A program made the translations under genes and the position numbers. 41,914 bases of DNA from positions 1 to 41,914 of the forward strand of contig DJAM01000148.1 in the NCBI GenBank assembly GCA_002429595.1. Reading direction: 5' to 3'. Each line of letters opens with the position of its first letter. Positions within the stretch are counted from its first letter, which is position 1. Under the pieces are notes generated by a model. It saw nothing but the letters and a program-made list of their open reading frames with translations. It was not told the DNA's origin and made no database searches. Of this stretch, positions 9,170 to 17,998 are shown one piece after another. This stretch comes from Coxiellaceae bacterium UBA6002. Its GTDB lineage: Bacteria > Pseudomonadota > Gammaproteobacteria > UBA6002.

Positions 9170-11209
9170 ATGACAAATCCTTTACTACGTTCAAATTCTT
9201 TACCTGCGTTTAGTGAAATAAAACCAGAACATGTTGAGCCCGCGTTAGACACCATTTTAAAAGAAAATCGCGAAAGGGTGGCGGAACTTGTGTCTCAAAA
9301 AACTGCACACACCTGGAAAAATCTCATGGCACCGCTTGAAGATTTAGATGATCGTCTAGGACAAATGTGGTCAGTGGTTGGACATTTGAATGCAGTGATG
9401 TCTAATGATGAATTACGAGAAGCGTATGATAAGTGCTTAGCTAAGATCTCAAATTATGCTACTGAAATGGGTCAAAATAAGAATTTGTTCATTGCAATTA
9501 AGTCGTTGGTAGAAGGTCCTGAATATCAACTTTTAGATTTCGCACAAAAGAAAATATTAGAAAATGAACTTCGTGATTTTGAATTAGCAGGTGTTAATTT
9601 GCCACCAGAAGCAAAAAAAACCTATGGTCAATTGCAAGAACAACTCACCCTGCTTACTGCAAAATTTGAACATAATTTGATGGACGCAACGCAGAATTGG
9701 ACAAAATTAATTACTGATGAAGCTGATTTAGCAGGCTTGCCAGAGCTAACTGTACAACTTGCCAAAGAGGCAGCACAGGCGAAGGGATTGGAAGGATATC
9801 TATTTACACTAGAACAACCTTCATATGTTGCAGTCGTTACCTATGCAAATTCAAGAGAGTTTCGACATGAAATGTACAACGCCTACGTTACACGAAGTTC
9901 AGATCAAGGTCCCAATGCGAAGAAATGGGACAATACTCCAGTTATGCATGACATTTTAATTGCTAGAAAAAAACTTGCTCAAGTACTTGGCTATGGGAAT
10001 TATGCGGAGCTTTCGTTGGTCCAAAAAATGGCAAAAGATCCAGAAGAAGTTTTGCACTTTTTGAATTCGTTGGCACTTGCAAGTATCAAAAGTGCTCGAG
10101 AAGAATTTAAACAATTACAAAATTTTGCAAAAGAAAAATATGGCATTGATAAACTCGAAGCATGGGACATTGCTTATTTTAGCGAAAAGCTACGTGAGCA
10201 TCGTTATGATATTTCGCAAGAAGCACTTCGACCTTATTTTCCAGAAGACCAAGTTGTCAGTGGTCTGTTTGCCATAGTTAAAAAATTATTTGGCATCACT
10301 ATTGAAGAAATAAAAAATGTAGAAGTTTGGCATCCAGATGTTAAATTTTTTACCATTTATGATTCCCAAGGTGTGGTTCGAGGACAATTCTATTTAGACT
10401 TATATGCAAGATCTAATAAGAGAGGTGGCGCATGGATGGATGAATGTCGAGTAAGACGAAAAACAAATTCTCATTTGCAAATACCCATTGCTTATCTTAC
10501 TTGCAATTTTAATCGTCCTGCTGGTGATAAGCCTGCACTGTTTAATCATGAAGAAGTACAAACTTTATTCCACGAATTTGGACATGGTCTGCATCATCTA
10601 TTAACAAAAATTGATTATGCCGGAGTCTCAGGAATTAATGGAGTGCCTTGGGATGTAGTAGAGCTGCCCAGTCAGTTTCTTGAGAATTGGTGCTGGGAAA
10701 AAGAAGCATTTCAATATATTTCAAAGCATTATCAAACCGGCGAAACATTACCAGATGATCTCTTCGAAAAAATGTTAAAAGCTAAAAACTTTCAATCAGC
10801 AATGCAAATGGTTCGCCAATTAGAATTTGCGATGTTTGATTTCCACTTACACTTATACTTCAATGACCAAGATGATCATGCGCAAATACAACGGCTGTTA
10901 GATAAAACGCGAGAAGAAATTTGTGTGATTCCTGTGCCTGAATTCAATCGTTTTCAACATGGTTTTTCGCATATTTTTGCGGGTGGCTATGCTGCAGGTT
11001 ATTATAGTTATAAATGGGCTGAAGTTCTTTCAAGCGATGCTTTTTCTCGCTTTGAAGAGGAAGGTATTTTCAATCGTGAAACAGGACAATTATTTTTAGA
11101 TACAATTTTAGAACATGGTGGCGCAAAAGATCCTATGGAACTGTTTGTCGCATTTCGTGGCAGACCACCTTCAATTGATGCTTTATTACGCCATAGCGGA
11201 ATTCAATAA
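9170..11209 (+). CDS. prlC: Oligopeptidase A (M3 family zinc metallopeptidase)
   Basis: 679 aa. HEFGH zinc motif ([10 protein letters not shown]). Length and N-terminus are typical of PrlC/OpdA. Confidence 0.85.
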   Translation: MTNPLLRSNSLPAFSEIKPEHVEPALDTILKENRERVAELVSQKTAHTWKNLMAPLEDLDDRLGQMWSVVGHLNAVMSNDELREAYDKCLAKISNYATEMGQNKNLFIAIKSLVEGPEYQLLDFAQKKILENELRDFELAGVNLPPEAKKTYGQLQEQLTLLTAKFEHNLMDATQNWTKLITDEADLAGLPELTVQLAKEAAQAKGLEGYLFTLEQPSYVAVVTYANSREFRHEMYNAYVTRSSDQGPNAKKWDNTPVMHDILIARKKLAQVLGYGNYAELSLVQKMAKDPEEVLHFLNSLALASIKSAREEFKQLQNFAKEKYGIDKLEAWDIAYFSEKLREHRYDISQEALRPYFPEDQVVSGLFAIVKKLFGITIEEIKNVEVWHPDVKFFTIYDSQGVVRGQFYLDLYARSNKRGGAWMDECRVRRKTNSHLQIPIAYLTCNFNRPAGDKPALFNHEEVQTLFHEFGHGLHHLLTKIDYAGVSGINGVPWDVVELPSQFLENWCWEKEAFQYISKHYQTGETLPDDLFEKMLKAKNFQSAMQMVRQLEFAMFDFHLHLYFNDQDDHAQIQRLLDKTREEICVIPVPEFNRFQHGFSHIFAGGYAAGYYSYKWAEVLSSDAFSRFEEEGIFNRETGQLFLDTILEHGGAKDPMELFVAFRGRPPSIDALLRHSGIQ

Positions 11210-11226
11210 TTTCAACAGGACCGAAC

Positions 11227-11895
11227 ATGAATCAAGATCAGATGAAACAACAAGCAGCGCAAGAAGCATTGAAATATATTCCTGAAGAGGGAATCATTGG
11301 TGTTGGTACAGGCAGTACTGTGAACTATTTTATTCAAGCACTAGGTCCAATAAAAAATCGCATTGAAGGAACAGTTGCGAGCTCTAAGGCAACTGAAGCA
11401 GCTTTAAAGGCCTTAGGAATTCCTGTGTACGATTTAAATACAGTAAATCAAGTCTCCGTCTATGTGGATGGTGCTGATGAGGCTAATGATTACTGTTACT
11501 TAGTAAAGGGAAAGGGTGGCGCACTGACTCGCGAAAAGATTATCGCTGCGGTTGCTAAAAAGTTTGTTTGTATTATTGATGAATCTAAAAAAGTGACTGT
11601 CCTTGGTAACCAAGAGCCAGTTCCTGTTGAGGTCATACCGATGGCTAGGAGTTATGTTGCAAGACAAATTGTTAAGATCGGAGGTAACCCGGTTTATCGT
11701 GAAGGCTTTGTTACAGACAATGGCAATATCATTTTAGACGTCTACAATCTTGATATCTTAGAGCCAGTTAAAACTGAAGGACTTTTAAAATCATTTACTG
11801 GTGCCGTAGAGAATGGAATTTTCGCTAAACGTCCAGCTGATATTTTACTGATTGCTTCTTCTTCAGGTGTCTCCACCTTAAAGCGAACAGACTAA
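11227..11895 (+). CDS. rpiA: Ribose-5-phosphate isomerase A
   Basis: 222 aa. GVGTGST motif, [16 protein letters not shown]. Confidence 0.85.
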   Translation: MNQDQMKQQAAQEALKYIPEEGIIGVGTGSTVNYFIQALGPIKNRIEGTVASSKATEAALKALGIPVYDLNTVNQVSVYVDGADEANDYCYLVKGKGGALTREKIIAAVAKKFVCIIDESKKVTVLGNQEPVPVEVIPMARSYVARQIVKIGGNPVYREGFVTDNGNIILDVYNLDILEPVKTEGLLKSFTGAVENGIFAKRPADILLIASSSGVSTLKRTD

Positions 11896-11976
11896 TAAAG
11901 ATAGTTAGCGACTGTACAAATAAATAAGTCTATAATTGTATTAAGTAGGTCCCTTTATTGAAGGAGGTTACTTACA

Positions 11977-12432
11977 ATGCCAAATAATACAATAAAAGAA
12001 TACCTTAATAATCATGATATTAACTATTCCTTAATTTCTCATTCGCCTGCTTATACAGCCCCCGAAATCGCTGCTATTTGCCATCTTTCTGGTAAACACC
12101 TTGCAAAAGTTGTCATTATCAAAGCTGATGGAAAATTCGCTATGGTGGTAGAACCTGCTCATCAAAAAGTTAATCTAAAAAGTTTCTCGGAGATGACTGG
12201 ACTTAAAAACGTAGAACTTGCGAGTGAATCTGAATTTCAAGATAAGTTTCCAGATTGTGAGCTCGGCGCTATGCCGCCATTCGGTGATTTATACGATATG
12301 GATGTGTATGTCGCAGAGCCTTTAACCAAGGACGATCAAATTGCTTTTAATGCTGGAAGTCATGAAGAGTTAATCAAAATGTCTTTCAAGGATTTTGAGC
12401 GGTTAGTTCATCCTAATATTCTGAAGCACTAA
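11977..12432 (+). CDS. YbaK/ProX-family aminoacyl-tRNA deacylase-like protein
   Basis: 151 aa, the size and composition of the YbaK/ProX domain. Strong RBS AGGAGG upstream (11957-11963 region). Confidence 0.55.
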   Translation: MPNNTIKEYLNNHDINYSLISHSPAYTAPEIAAICHLSGKHLAKVVIIKADGKFAMVVEPAHQKVNLKSFSEMTGLKNVELASESEFQDKFPDCELGAMPPFGDLYDMDVYVAEPLTKDDQIAFNAGSHEELIKMSFKDFERLVHPNILKH

Positions 12433-12472
12433 GTTTCTTGCATTTCAATTTCAACTTAAAAGGGGTATCCGC

Positions 12473-12997
12473 ATGTTGCCATTGGAAATCACTATTCGAG
12501 ATATTGAGAACACTGCAGCAATTGATGCAAAAATAAGGAAAAAAGCAGAGAAGCTTGAACATATATATGATCGGATAACTTTTTGTCGAGTCGGTGTCGA
12601 TGCTCAACAAAAAAATAAACATCAAGGAAAACTTTTTCAAGTCAATATTGAACTTGATCTCCCAGGAAAAGTATTAATGGTAAATAATAACAGTCATCGC
12701 AATGAAGATTTGTATGTCGCAATTCGCGATTCTTTTAATGCGATGAAACGTCAATTAGAAGATCATGCTCAAAAGATTCGAGGTGATCGTAAAAATCATC
12801 ATTCACAACGTACCGGAAGAATCGTTCGTCTATTTGAAGACTATGGTTTCATCGAAGTACCTGATGGTACGGAATATTATTTCCATGAAAGTAATGTTCC
12901 AGCTAACTTCAAAGATCTACAAATAGGTCATACAGTGAGGTTTATCGAGATGACTGGCGGAGATGGCTTACAAGCTAATCACGTCATTCTTATATAA
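12473..12997 (+). CDS. hpf: Ribosome hibernation promoting factor (RaiA/HPF domain) fused to a C-terminal cold-shock-like domain
   Basis: N-terminal ~100 aa matches the HPF/YfiA fold signature (MLPLEITIRDIE...KL.KIY..I...RV.V...QKNKHQGKLFQVNIELDLPGK). The C-terminal ~60 aa has a CSD pattern: G(R)IVRLFEDYGFIEVPDGTEYYFHESNV...GHTVRFIE..GGDGLQANHV, i.e. RNP1-like YGFIEV and RNP2-like YYFHE. Confidence 0.75.
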   Translation: MLPLEITIRDIENTAAIDAKIRKKAEKLEHIYDRITFCRVGVDAQQKNKHQGKLFQVNIELDLPGKVLMVNNNSHRNEDLYVAIRDSFNAMKRQLEDHAQKIRGDRKNHHSQRTGRIVRLFEDYGFIEVPDGTEYYFHESNVPANFKDLQIGHTVRFIEMTGGDGLQANHVILI

Positions 12998-13000
12998 TCA

Positions 13001-13043
13001 TAAAAAAAGCCTGGATGAAGTTGTGCTTCATCCAGGCTTTTTA
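13001..13043. terminator. Bidirectional intrinsic terminator between convergent hpf and the 13048-13500 gene
   Basis: aaaaaaagcctggatgaag-ttgtg-cttcatccaggcttttta: 12-bp perfect stem, A-run on the 5' side and T-run on the 3' side. Confidence 0.8.
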
Positions 13044-13047
13044 TATT

Positions 13048-13500
13048 TTATGCAGCAAGACGACCAAAAAACTTCCCATTAAGATATTTAGGCAATTCAT
13101 GTTCTTTGATTTTGGTATAGTCTTTATCAAGAGTATCAACGATTTTATCGATGACGAAATGTGAGCAGCATTTGTTTAGTAAGCCTTGAAAATGTGCTGG
13201 GGCTATCACTATTAAGTTTGCGTAAAGATTTTTAGTTCTTCCTTGCTCAAGTATATTAGCCAAGGTATGAGCGAATTTATCGGCCTCCATTTTTTTGGGA
13301 GTAAGAGACTCCTCAAAAGCACTTTTTGGTGCTACTGATTTTCGATAGCGTCCTGGCGCATCAGTAATTAAATTCATCGCTTTTTCTCTACTCTCAGGAT
13401 GAAAAAATTCGTGTAATAAATGCATGTTTTGATAGTTCTTTTGTATCTTAAAAAGGCGGGCTTCACTAGCATTTGCTATAAGTACCCAAGTTGTTTTCAT
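13048..13500 (-). CDS. Host-attachment-protein-like (PF10116-like) hypothetical protein
   Basis: 150 aa. N-terminus MKTTWVLIANASEARLF resembles the 'protein required for attachment to host cells' family as remembered. Not verified. Confidence 0.4.
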   Translation of the reverse strand: MKTTWVLIANASEARLFKIQKNYQNMHLLHEFFHPESREKAMNLITDAPGRYRKSVAPKSAFEESLTPKKMEADKFAHTLANILEQGRTKNLYANLIVIAPAHFQGLLNKCCSHFVIDKIVDTLDKDYTKIKEHELPKYLNGKFFGRLAA

Positions 13501-13519
13501 TGGACCTACCTCCTTACAT

Positions 13520-14032
13520 TTATCGTTGATACCTTGCCATTAATTCAGCTGTTGCAAGGACATGATCTTTTAGGGATTGTTCGATTGCCTGTTTATTAAG
13601 ACCACTTTGATTGGGAAGCATTTTGTTTACAGCATAGAGCTTAAAGAAATAGCGATGCTCTCTATCTGGAGGACACGGACCACCATAAGAGGTGTTATTC
13701 CAACTGTTTTTCCCTTGCGAGGCCCCTACAGGCAATGTAGTTAGGTTTTCTTCAAGTGAAGTAGTTGTAGGGGGTATATTATAAAGCACCCAATGATCCC
13801 AAGTCCCGGCCGGGGCATCAGGGTCTTCCATAATTAATACCAACGACTTAGTGCCTGCTGGTACATCCTTCCAAGATAATGGCGGAGAGATGTTATTGCC
13901 ATCGCAGGTATAGACTTTAGGAATACTTTGCCCTTGTTTCAATTTGGTACTAAATAATTCTAACGCCATAGTGTTTTTTATCCCGAACAACATTGTTATT
14001 GCTATGATGAAAGAACGTTTACGTAAGATCAT
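13520..14032 (-). CDS. YbhB/YbcL-family PEBP (Raf kinase inhibitor-like) protein, secreted
   Basis: 170 aa. Signal peptide. PEBP motifs DPDAP...GTWDHWVLYNIP and CPP..HRYFFKLYA. Confidence 0.75.
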   Translation of the reverse strand: MILRKRSFIIAITMLFGIKNTMALELFSTKLKQGQSIPKVYTCDGNNISPPLSWKDVPAGTKSLVLIMEDPDAPAGTWDHWVLYNIPPTTTSLEENLTTLPVGASQGKNSWNNTSYGGPCPPDREHRYFFKLYAVNKMLPNQSGLNKQAIEQSLKDHVLATAELMARYQR

Positions 14033-14174
14033 CTTAATTTCCCTTACTTAAGTATAGCATCGACCAATTTATGTCCTGGTTTCACCCAGGTTACATGATA
14101 ATACTTTGCAGATTAGAGCTTAACAAGCTAACATTCTGCACTTCTTATTTATTACCTAAAATTGAGAGATTTTT

Positions 14175-14993
14175 ATGGAATGCCCCTTAGACGCTGCTAA
14201 TTATATCAAATCACAACTACCAGAAGGTTTTAAGCCTAAAGTAGGCATTATTTTAGGATCGGGCCTTAATGATTTTGCAAATCAAGTTGGAGATGCCACT
14301 ATTCTTCCATATGCAGAAATTCCTGGCTTTCAAAAATGTAGTGTGCCAGGACATAAAGGAGTTCTAATATTAGGGTCATTAAACGGAGTACCTGTTGCGT
14401 GTATGCAAGGAAGAGCCCATTACTATGAAGGTTATCCCCATGCCGCGGTTTTTAATCCGATTAGAGCATTGAGATTGTTAGGAGTTGAAACGATGATCCT
14501 GACCAATGCTTCAGCTTCATTAAGGCCGGAGGTACAGCCTGGTAGCTTAGTGCTTATCAGTGATCACATTAATTTTACCGGTCAAAATCCGCTAGTTGGA
14601 CCGAATGATGAATTCTTCGGACCTCGTTTTCCTTCCATGCAACGTGTCTATGATCAAGGCTTAGTCGAAATTACTTCTGCTGTCGCTTTAGAACTAGATA
14701 TTAAACTGCATTCGGGTGTTTATTTAGCGGTATTGGGCCCTTCCTATGAAACACCCGCTGAAATTCGTGCCTTTAAAATTTTAGGAGCAGATTTGGTAGG
14801 AATGTCGACTGTGGCAGAAGCCATCATCGCAAGACATTGCAATTTAAAAGTGTTAGCAATCTCTACAGTAACAAATATGGCAAGTGGCATGAGCGAAGAA
14901 TTTTTAACTCACGAAGCCGTTCTTAAGGTAGGCAAAATGGCAGCAGATGATTTAACTCGATTGGTTAAAGCAATAGTTAAAAGAATGTCTTAG
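14175..14993 (+). CDS. Purine nucleoside phosphorylase (PNP/MTAP family, trimeric type)
   Basis: 272 aa. GILGSGL, GRAHYYEGY (PNP signature GRxHxYEG), LGADLVGMSTV. Confidence 0.8.
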   Translation: MECPLDAANYIKSQLPEGFKPKVGIILGSGLNDFANQVGDATILPYAEIPGFQKCSVPGHKGVLILGSLNGVPVACMQGRAHYYEGYPHAAVFNPIRALRLLGVETMILTNASASLRPEVQPGSLVLISDHINFTGQNPLVGPNDEFFGPRFPSMQRVYDQGLVEITSAVALELDIKLHSGVYLAVLGPSYETPAEIRAFKILGADLVGMSTVAEAIIARHCNLKVLAISTVTNMASGMSEEFLTHEAVLKVGKMAADDLTRLVKAIVKRMS

Positions 14994-15634
14994 TGATAAC
15001 GTACACATTTAAGATTTTTTGTTTGCAAGGCAAATTCAAAAATAAGTAATGGTATTATCCAAGAAAACCAGCTTAGAAAAGTTACGATATTTTCTACGGT
15101 ACTAACACGCAAAAAAACAAGAGCTTTTTGTGATAGCGGAAAGACTGTGAAAGAAACAATAGCTATATAGCTTCTAATCATCCACTTTTGATGCAAAGCT
15201 ATCTGTTTTCTACGGATTGAATGATAGCCCATAACAGCGCTTGTAAAACAAACTACAGCTAATGTTCCAAGTCCAGTTGCATAAATAAAATGCTTTTGAG
15301 CTGCCCAAGCCAAAAAAAATGCAGCTATTGATCCTACTAATACAGCGACTAAATATATCTTTCCAATCGAGCGATGAATATTAATATTTTTAGTTCTTAA
15401 GAAATCTATAAATTGCAAAGGGCCGCAAATCATCGCAACAAGTCCGCATATGATATGCAAATATAGCCATGAGCGATGAGGCAAATAAACCGATCCTATA
15501 AAATATTTTGGGATTCGTCGCCAAATCGCATAACAGCTAGCTATGACTAAGAGTAACCATCCAACCTTAACTAGCACTTTTTGAGCAGTGTTAAATGGTT
15601 TAAATGAAACTCCAGCATTATCATATATCTTCAT
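14990..15634 (-). CDS. Integral membrane protein (DUF2306-like), 5-6 TM
   Basis: 214 aa, hydrophobic throughout. Convergently overlaps the PNP gene by 4 nt. Confidence 0.5.
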   Translation of the reverse strand: MKIYDNAGVSFKPFNTAQKVLVKVGWLLLVIASCYAIWRRIPKYFIGSVYLPHRSWLYLHIICGLVAMICGPLQFIDFLRTKNINIHRSIGKIYLVAVLVGSIAAFFLAWAAQKHFIYATGLGTLAVVCFTSAVMGYHSIRRKQIALHQKWMIRSYIAIVSFTVFPLSQKALVFLRVSTVENIVTFLSWFSWIIPLLIFEFALQTKNLKCVRYH

Positions 15635-15871
15635 CAGGTTATTCTACCTACTAGAAGAAGGAGGTGTCTCAGTAAAAATTTAAATAAGTGGTCGTCGTTC
15701 AGGCTGTTGACCTCGCTCTGACAACCGTAAAAAATGCTGTAAAGTTGCATTAATATATGAATTTTGATTGATCTTTTACCTTTTTGTGACTGAATTGGTC
15801 GTTTAGTAAAATCCTCGACTGAATATGACGCTCCGGTCTGCTCAGAAATACTTTCAAAATTTAGTTCATTA

Positions 15872-16273
15872 TCAGGATTGCTTTGTTGCTGCATCAACTA
15901 AGCTGGCTAAAAGTTCTTCAAATTGTTTTATTTTCTCCGGGAATTCAGTAACCCCATATTCGGAAAATAAATGGTCAATGTCATGATAAGCAACAACGGT
16001 CTTCTCATTTTCTTGCCAGGCAACGATTTTTAAAGGTAGCTCAATACCAATATCAGGCATTTGAACCATAAGCGGTGTCCCTGCTTTGGGATTCCCAAAA
16101 ATAATAAGCTCTTCATCTTGCATCGTTAAGCCCGCATCTTGTGCGGCTTTGCTATGACTAATCCGAGCGAATATCTTAATATTTTTTTCTTTTAATATTC
16201 TTTCGACATTGTCGATAACGTCCGTAACAGAAAGATTTGAGATCGTCTTGATTAAGGGTGATTTTTTAGACAT
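15872..16273 (-). CDS. DUF302 domain protein
   Basis: Start moved to ATG 16273 (MSKKSPL...), which is preceded by GGAGGAATTAAAA. The track ORF extends upstream without an RBS. Confidence 0.6.
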   Translation of the reverse strand: MSKKSPLIKTISNLSVTDVIDNVERILKEKNIKIFARISHSKAAQDAGLTMQDEELIIFGNPKAGTPLMVQMPDIGIELPLKIVAWQENEKTVVAYHDIDHLFSEYGVTEFPEKIKQFEELLASLVDAATKQS

Positions 16274-16325
16274 TTTTAATTCCTCCGTGTAATACAAGCT
16301 TAAGATTTGAAGTTTACACAATTGT

Positions 16326-16360
16326 TTGTCGCTGATGTTAATTTAGTCTGACATCATTTT
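16326..16360. repeat. Left copy of the imperfect direct repeat bounding the inserted islet (non-coding copy)
   Basis: ttgtcgctgatgttaatttagtctgacatcatttt matches 18023-18057 (ttgtcgttgctcctaatttagtctgacataatttt) at about 29/35 positions, with a 16-bp perfect core taatttagtctgacat. Confidence 0.55.
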
Positions 16361-16579
16361 CTAATCAATAGTTAATAGGTGATAATAAGTCGTTACTTAC
16401 TTCTCTTGAAAACACAACACTAAGTGGTATAATAAATAAAAAGAAAGGGAATGAAAATCTTTAAAAACAAATTCTTTTCAAAATGGGCAAAGTCAGAAAA
16501 ACTGTAAACGTGCGGGCAAACACATCTTCTAATCAATAAGTTTTTACTTCAATCTTCTTCTCACAATTAACAAAGGAGA

Positions 16580-16891
16580 ATGAAGTGGATAAAGAAGAAC
16601 AAGCATCGCGATATAAAAAATGGCGAGATTTCATCGACGAGCAAGAAGCAAGCGGGAACATTTTCACCCTTTACAATTAAACAACCACCTGCACTAGGAC
16701 GCAAAAATTGGCTCTTCAGTGCTAGTCCTTCTGGAGCAAAAGCAGGTGCAATATTCTTCTCTTTAATTGAAACTTGCAAAGCAAATGATGTTGAACCATA
16801 TCATTATTTTTGCGTGATGTTAAATCGCATTCGGGAATGTGTGACTGAAGATGATTACCCCAAGCTGCTCCCGCAGTTTATCCAGATTTAG
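16580..16891 (+). pseudogene. IS66-family transposase (TnpC) C-terminal fragment, remnant
   Basis: The last ~65 aa (ALGRKNWLFSASPSGAKAGAIFFSLIETCKANDVEPYHYFCVMLNRI...LLP) match the conserved IS66 TnpC C-terminus (..LGRKNWLF.GS..G...AA..YSLIETAKLNG..P..YL..VL..I). Nothing upstream resembles the rest of the transposase. Confidence 0.65.
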
Positions 16892-16938
16892 CTATACGCA
16901 ACAAGAAGATTTTTTTAATTTATTAGGTAACGAGGTTC

Positions 16939-17238
16939 ATGTTTATGAATATATTATGTGAAATGGAGGTTTTTGAGTTTTTTAAGCTTTCATCCGGGGA
17001 CATAGCATTAGCAGGGGAAATGAAGCCAAACAGTAATAAATTTATTTTTGAAAGTAAGGCGGATTTATATATCGATGGCAATCTTATTAAAAAAATTATT
17101 TTAATCGGAGAGGATATTTTCTCTGGCGGTGATAGAGAAAAACGTGCTAACAGGAGAGCTGTTAGAACTAAGGATGATATCCATGAGCTGTTGAGTAATT
17201 CTTTGAATAACATCAAACTTATTATTTATGATAAATAA
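16939..17238 (+). pseudogene. Decayed HigB-2-like toxin paralog
   Basis: Shares the DGNLIKK heptapeptide and the spacing to an SGG motif with the downstream toxin ORF (DGNLIKK+9aa+SGG in both). DNA gatggcaatcttattaaaaaa vs gatggaaatctaataaaaaag matches at 18/21. The N-terminus VFEFFKL resembles the HigB-2 N-terminus. The catalytic C-terminal half has diverged. Confidence 0.3.
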
Positions 17239-17281
17239 TTTAATAATTATGTTCAAAGCACTCAAGTGTTCTTAACCGCAC

Positions 17282-17599
17282 GTGACTGACTCAGCTCTTT
17301 TAAAGGCCGCCGAAGAAATTGGGCAGGGCTTAATTGATGCCAATTTAGATGGAAATCTAATAAAAAAGCGAGTGGCACGAAAAGGTCAAGGGAAGAGTGG
17401 CGGATTTAGAACTATTGTGGCTTTTCAGCGTGGATATAGAATTATTTTTATTTATGGATTTACAAAAAATCAGCGCGACAACATAACAGAACAAGAAGAA
17501 AAAGCACTTAAAAAATTAGCTCAAATTTTGGTAGAGGCAACTGACAGTGAGTTAAAACAAATGATCATACATAGAGATTTATACGAGGTACTTCCATGA
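17282..17599 (+). CDS. Type II toxin, RelE/ParE superfamily, HigB-2-like (toxin-first architecture)
   Basis: 105 aa, GTG start. The core KGQGKSGGFRTIVAFQRGYRIIFIYGFTKNQRDNIT matches Vibrio HigB-2 as remembered (KGKGKRGGSRIIYYF...RFYLLTIYGKNEMSDL). Its stop overlaps the start of the downstream HTH gene (ATGA). Confidence 0.7.
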   Translation: MTDSALLKAAEEIGQGLIDANLDGNLIKKRVARKGQGKSGGFRTIVAFQRGYRIIFIYGFTKNQRDNITEQEEKALKKLAQILVEATDSELKQMIIHRDLYEVLP

Positions 17600-17943
17600 A
17601 TAGAGCAAAAAAAAGCAAGCATCCAAGCATTTTAGAAGCTGTTCATGAAACAGCCAAAGGCTTATATGATGCTCAGATTATTAACCCTACTACAATGCGA
17701 GAGTTCAATGAACTTTGTTTGCCACCTGTAAAAGATCTTTCTGCTAACGAAATTAAAAAAATCCGTTTGCGCGAAAAGGTGAGTCAGGCTGTGTTTGCAA
17801 AGTTTTTAAATACAACCTTATCCACTGTAAGACAATGGGAACAAGGTGAAAAACATCCAAGAGGAACCTCTTTAAAGTTGCTTACTCTTGTTAAAGAAAA
17901 AGGGCTTAGCGTACTTTTACCTGTGACTCAAGTCACAGTGTAG
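17596..17943 (+). CDS. HTH (XRE/NadS-like) antitoxin, HigA-2-like
   Basis: 115 aa. VSQAVFAKFLNTTLSTVRQWEQGEKHPRGTSLKLL matches the HigA-2/COG2944 HTH antitoxin pattern (SQAVFA..L.VS..TVQ.WEQG...P.G.AL.LL). Confidence 0.75.
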   Translation: MNRAKKSKHPSILEAVHETAKGLYDAQIINPTTMREFNELCLPPVKDLSANEIKKIRLREKVSQAVFAKFLNTTLSTVRQWEQGEKHPRGTSLKLLTLVKEKGLSVLLPVTQVTV

Positions 17944-17998
17944 AAGTAAATGATTTAGCGCCTTTAGTTTTAAGCAACCCTAAAAAAACTCTAAGATC

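Noticed and set aside
15634-15897. 87-aa ORF between the DUF2306 and DUF302 genes, with a 1-nt stop/start overlap (TGATG) with the DUF2306 gene
   Set aside because: Low-complexity, Q/S-rich sequence with no motif and no RBS. Its 5' end overlaps the DUF302 gene's 3' end by 26 nt. It may simply be 3'UTR or promoter DNA, and is kept only as a very weak possibility.
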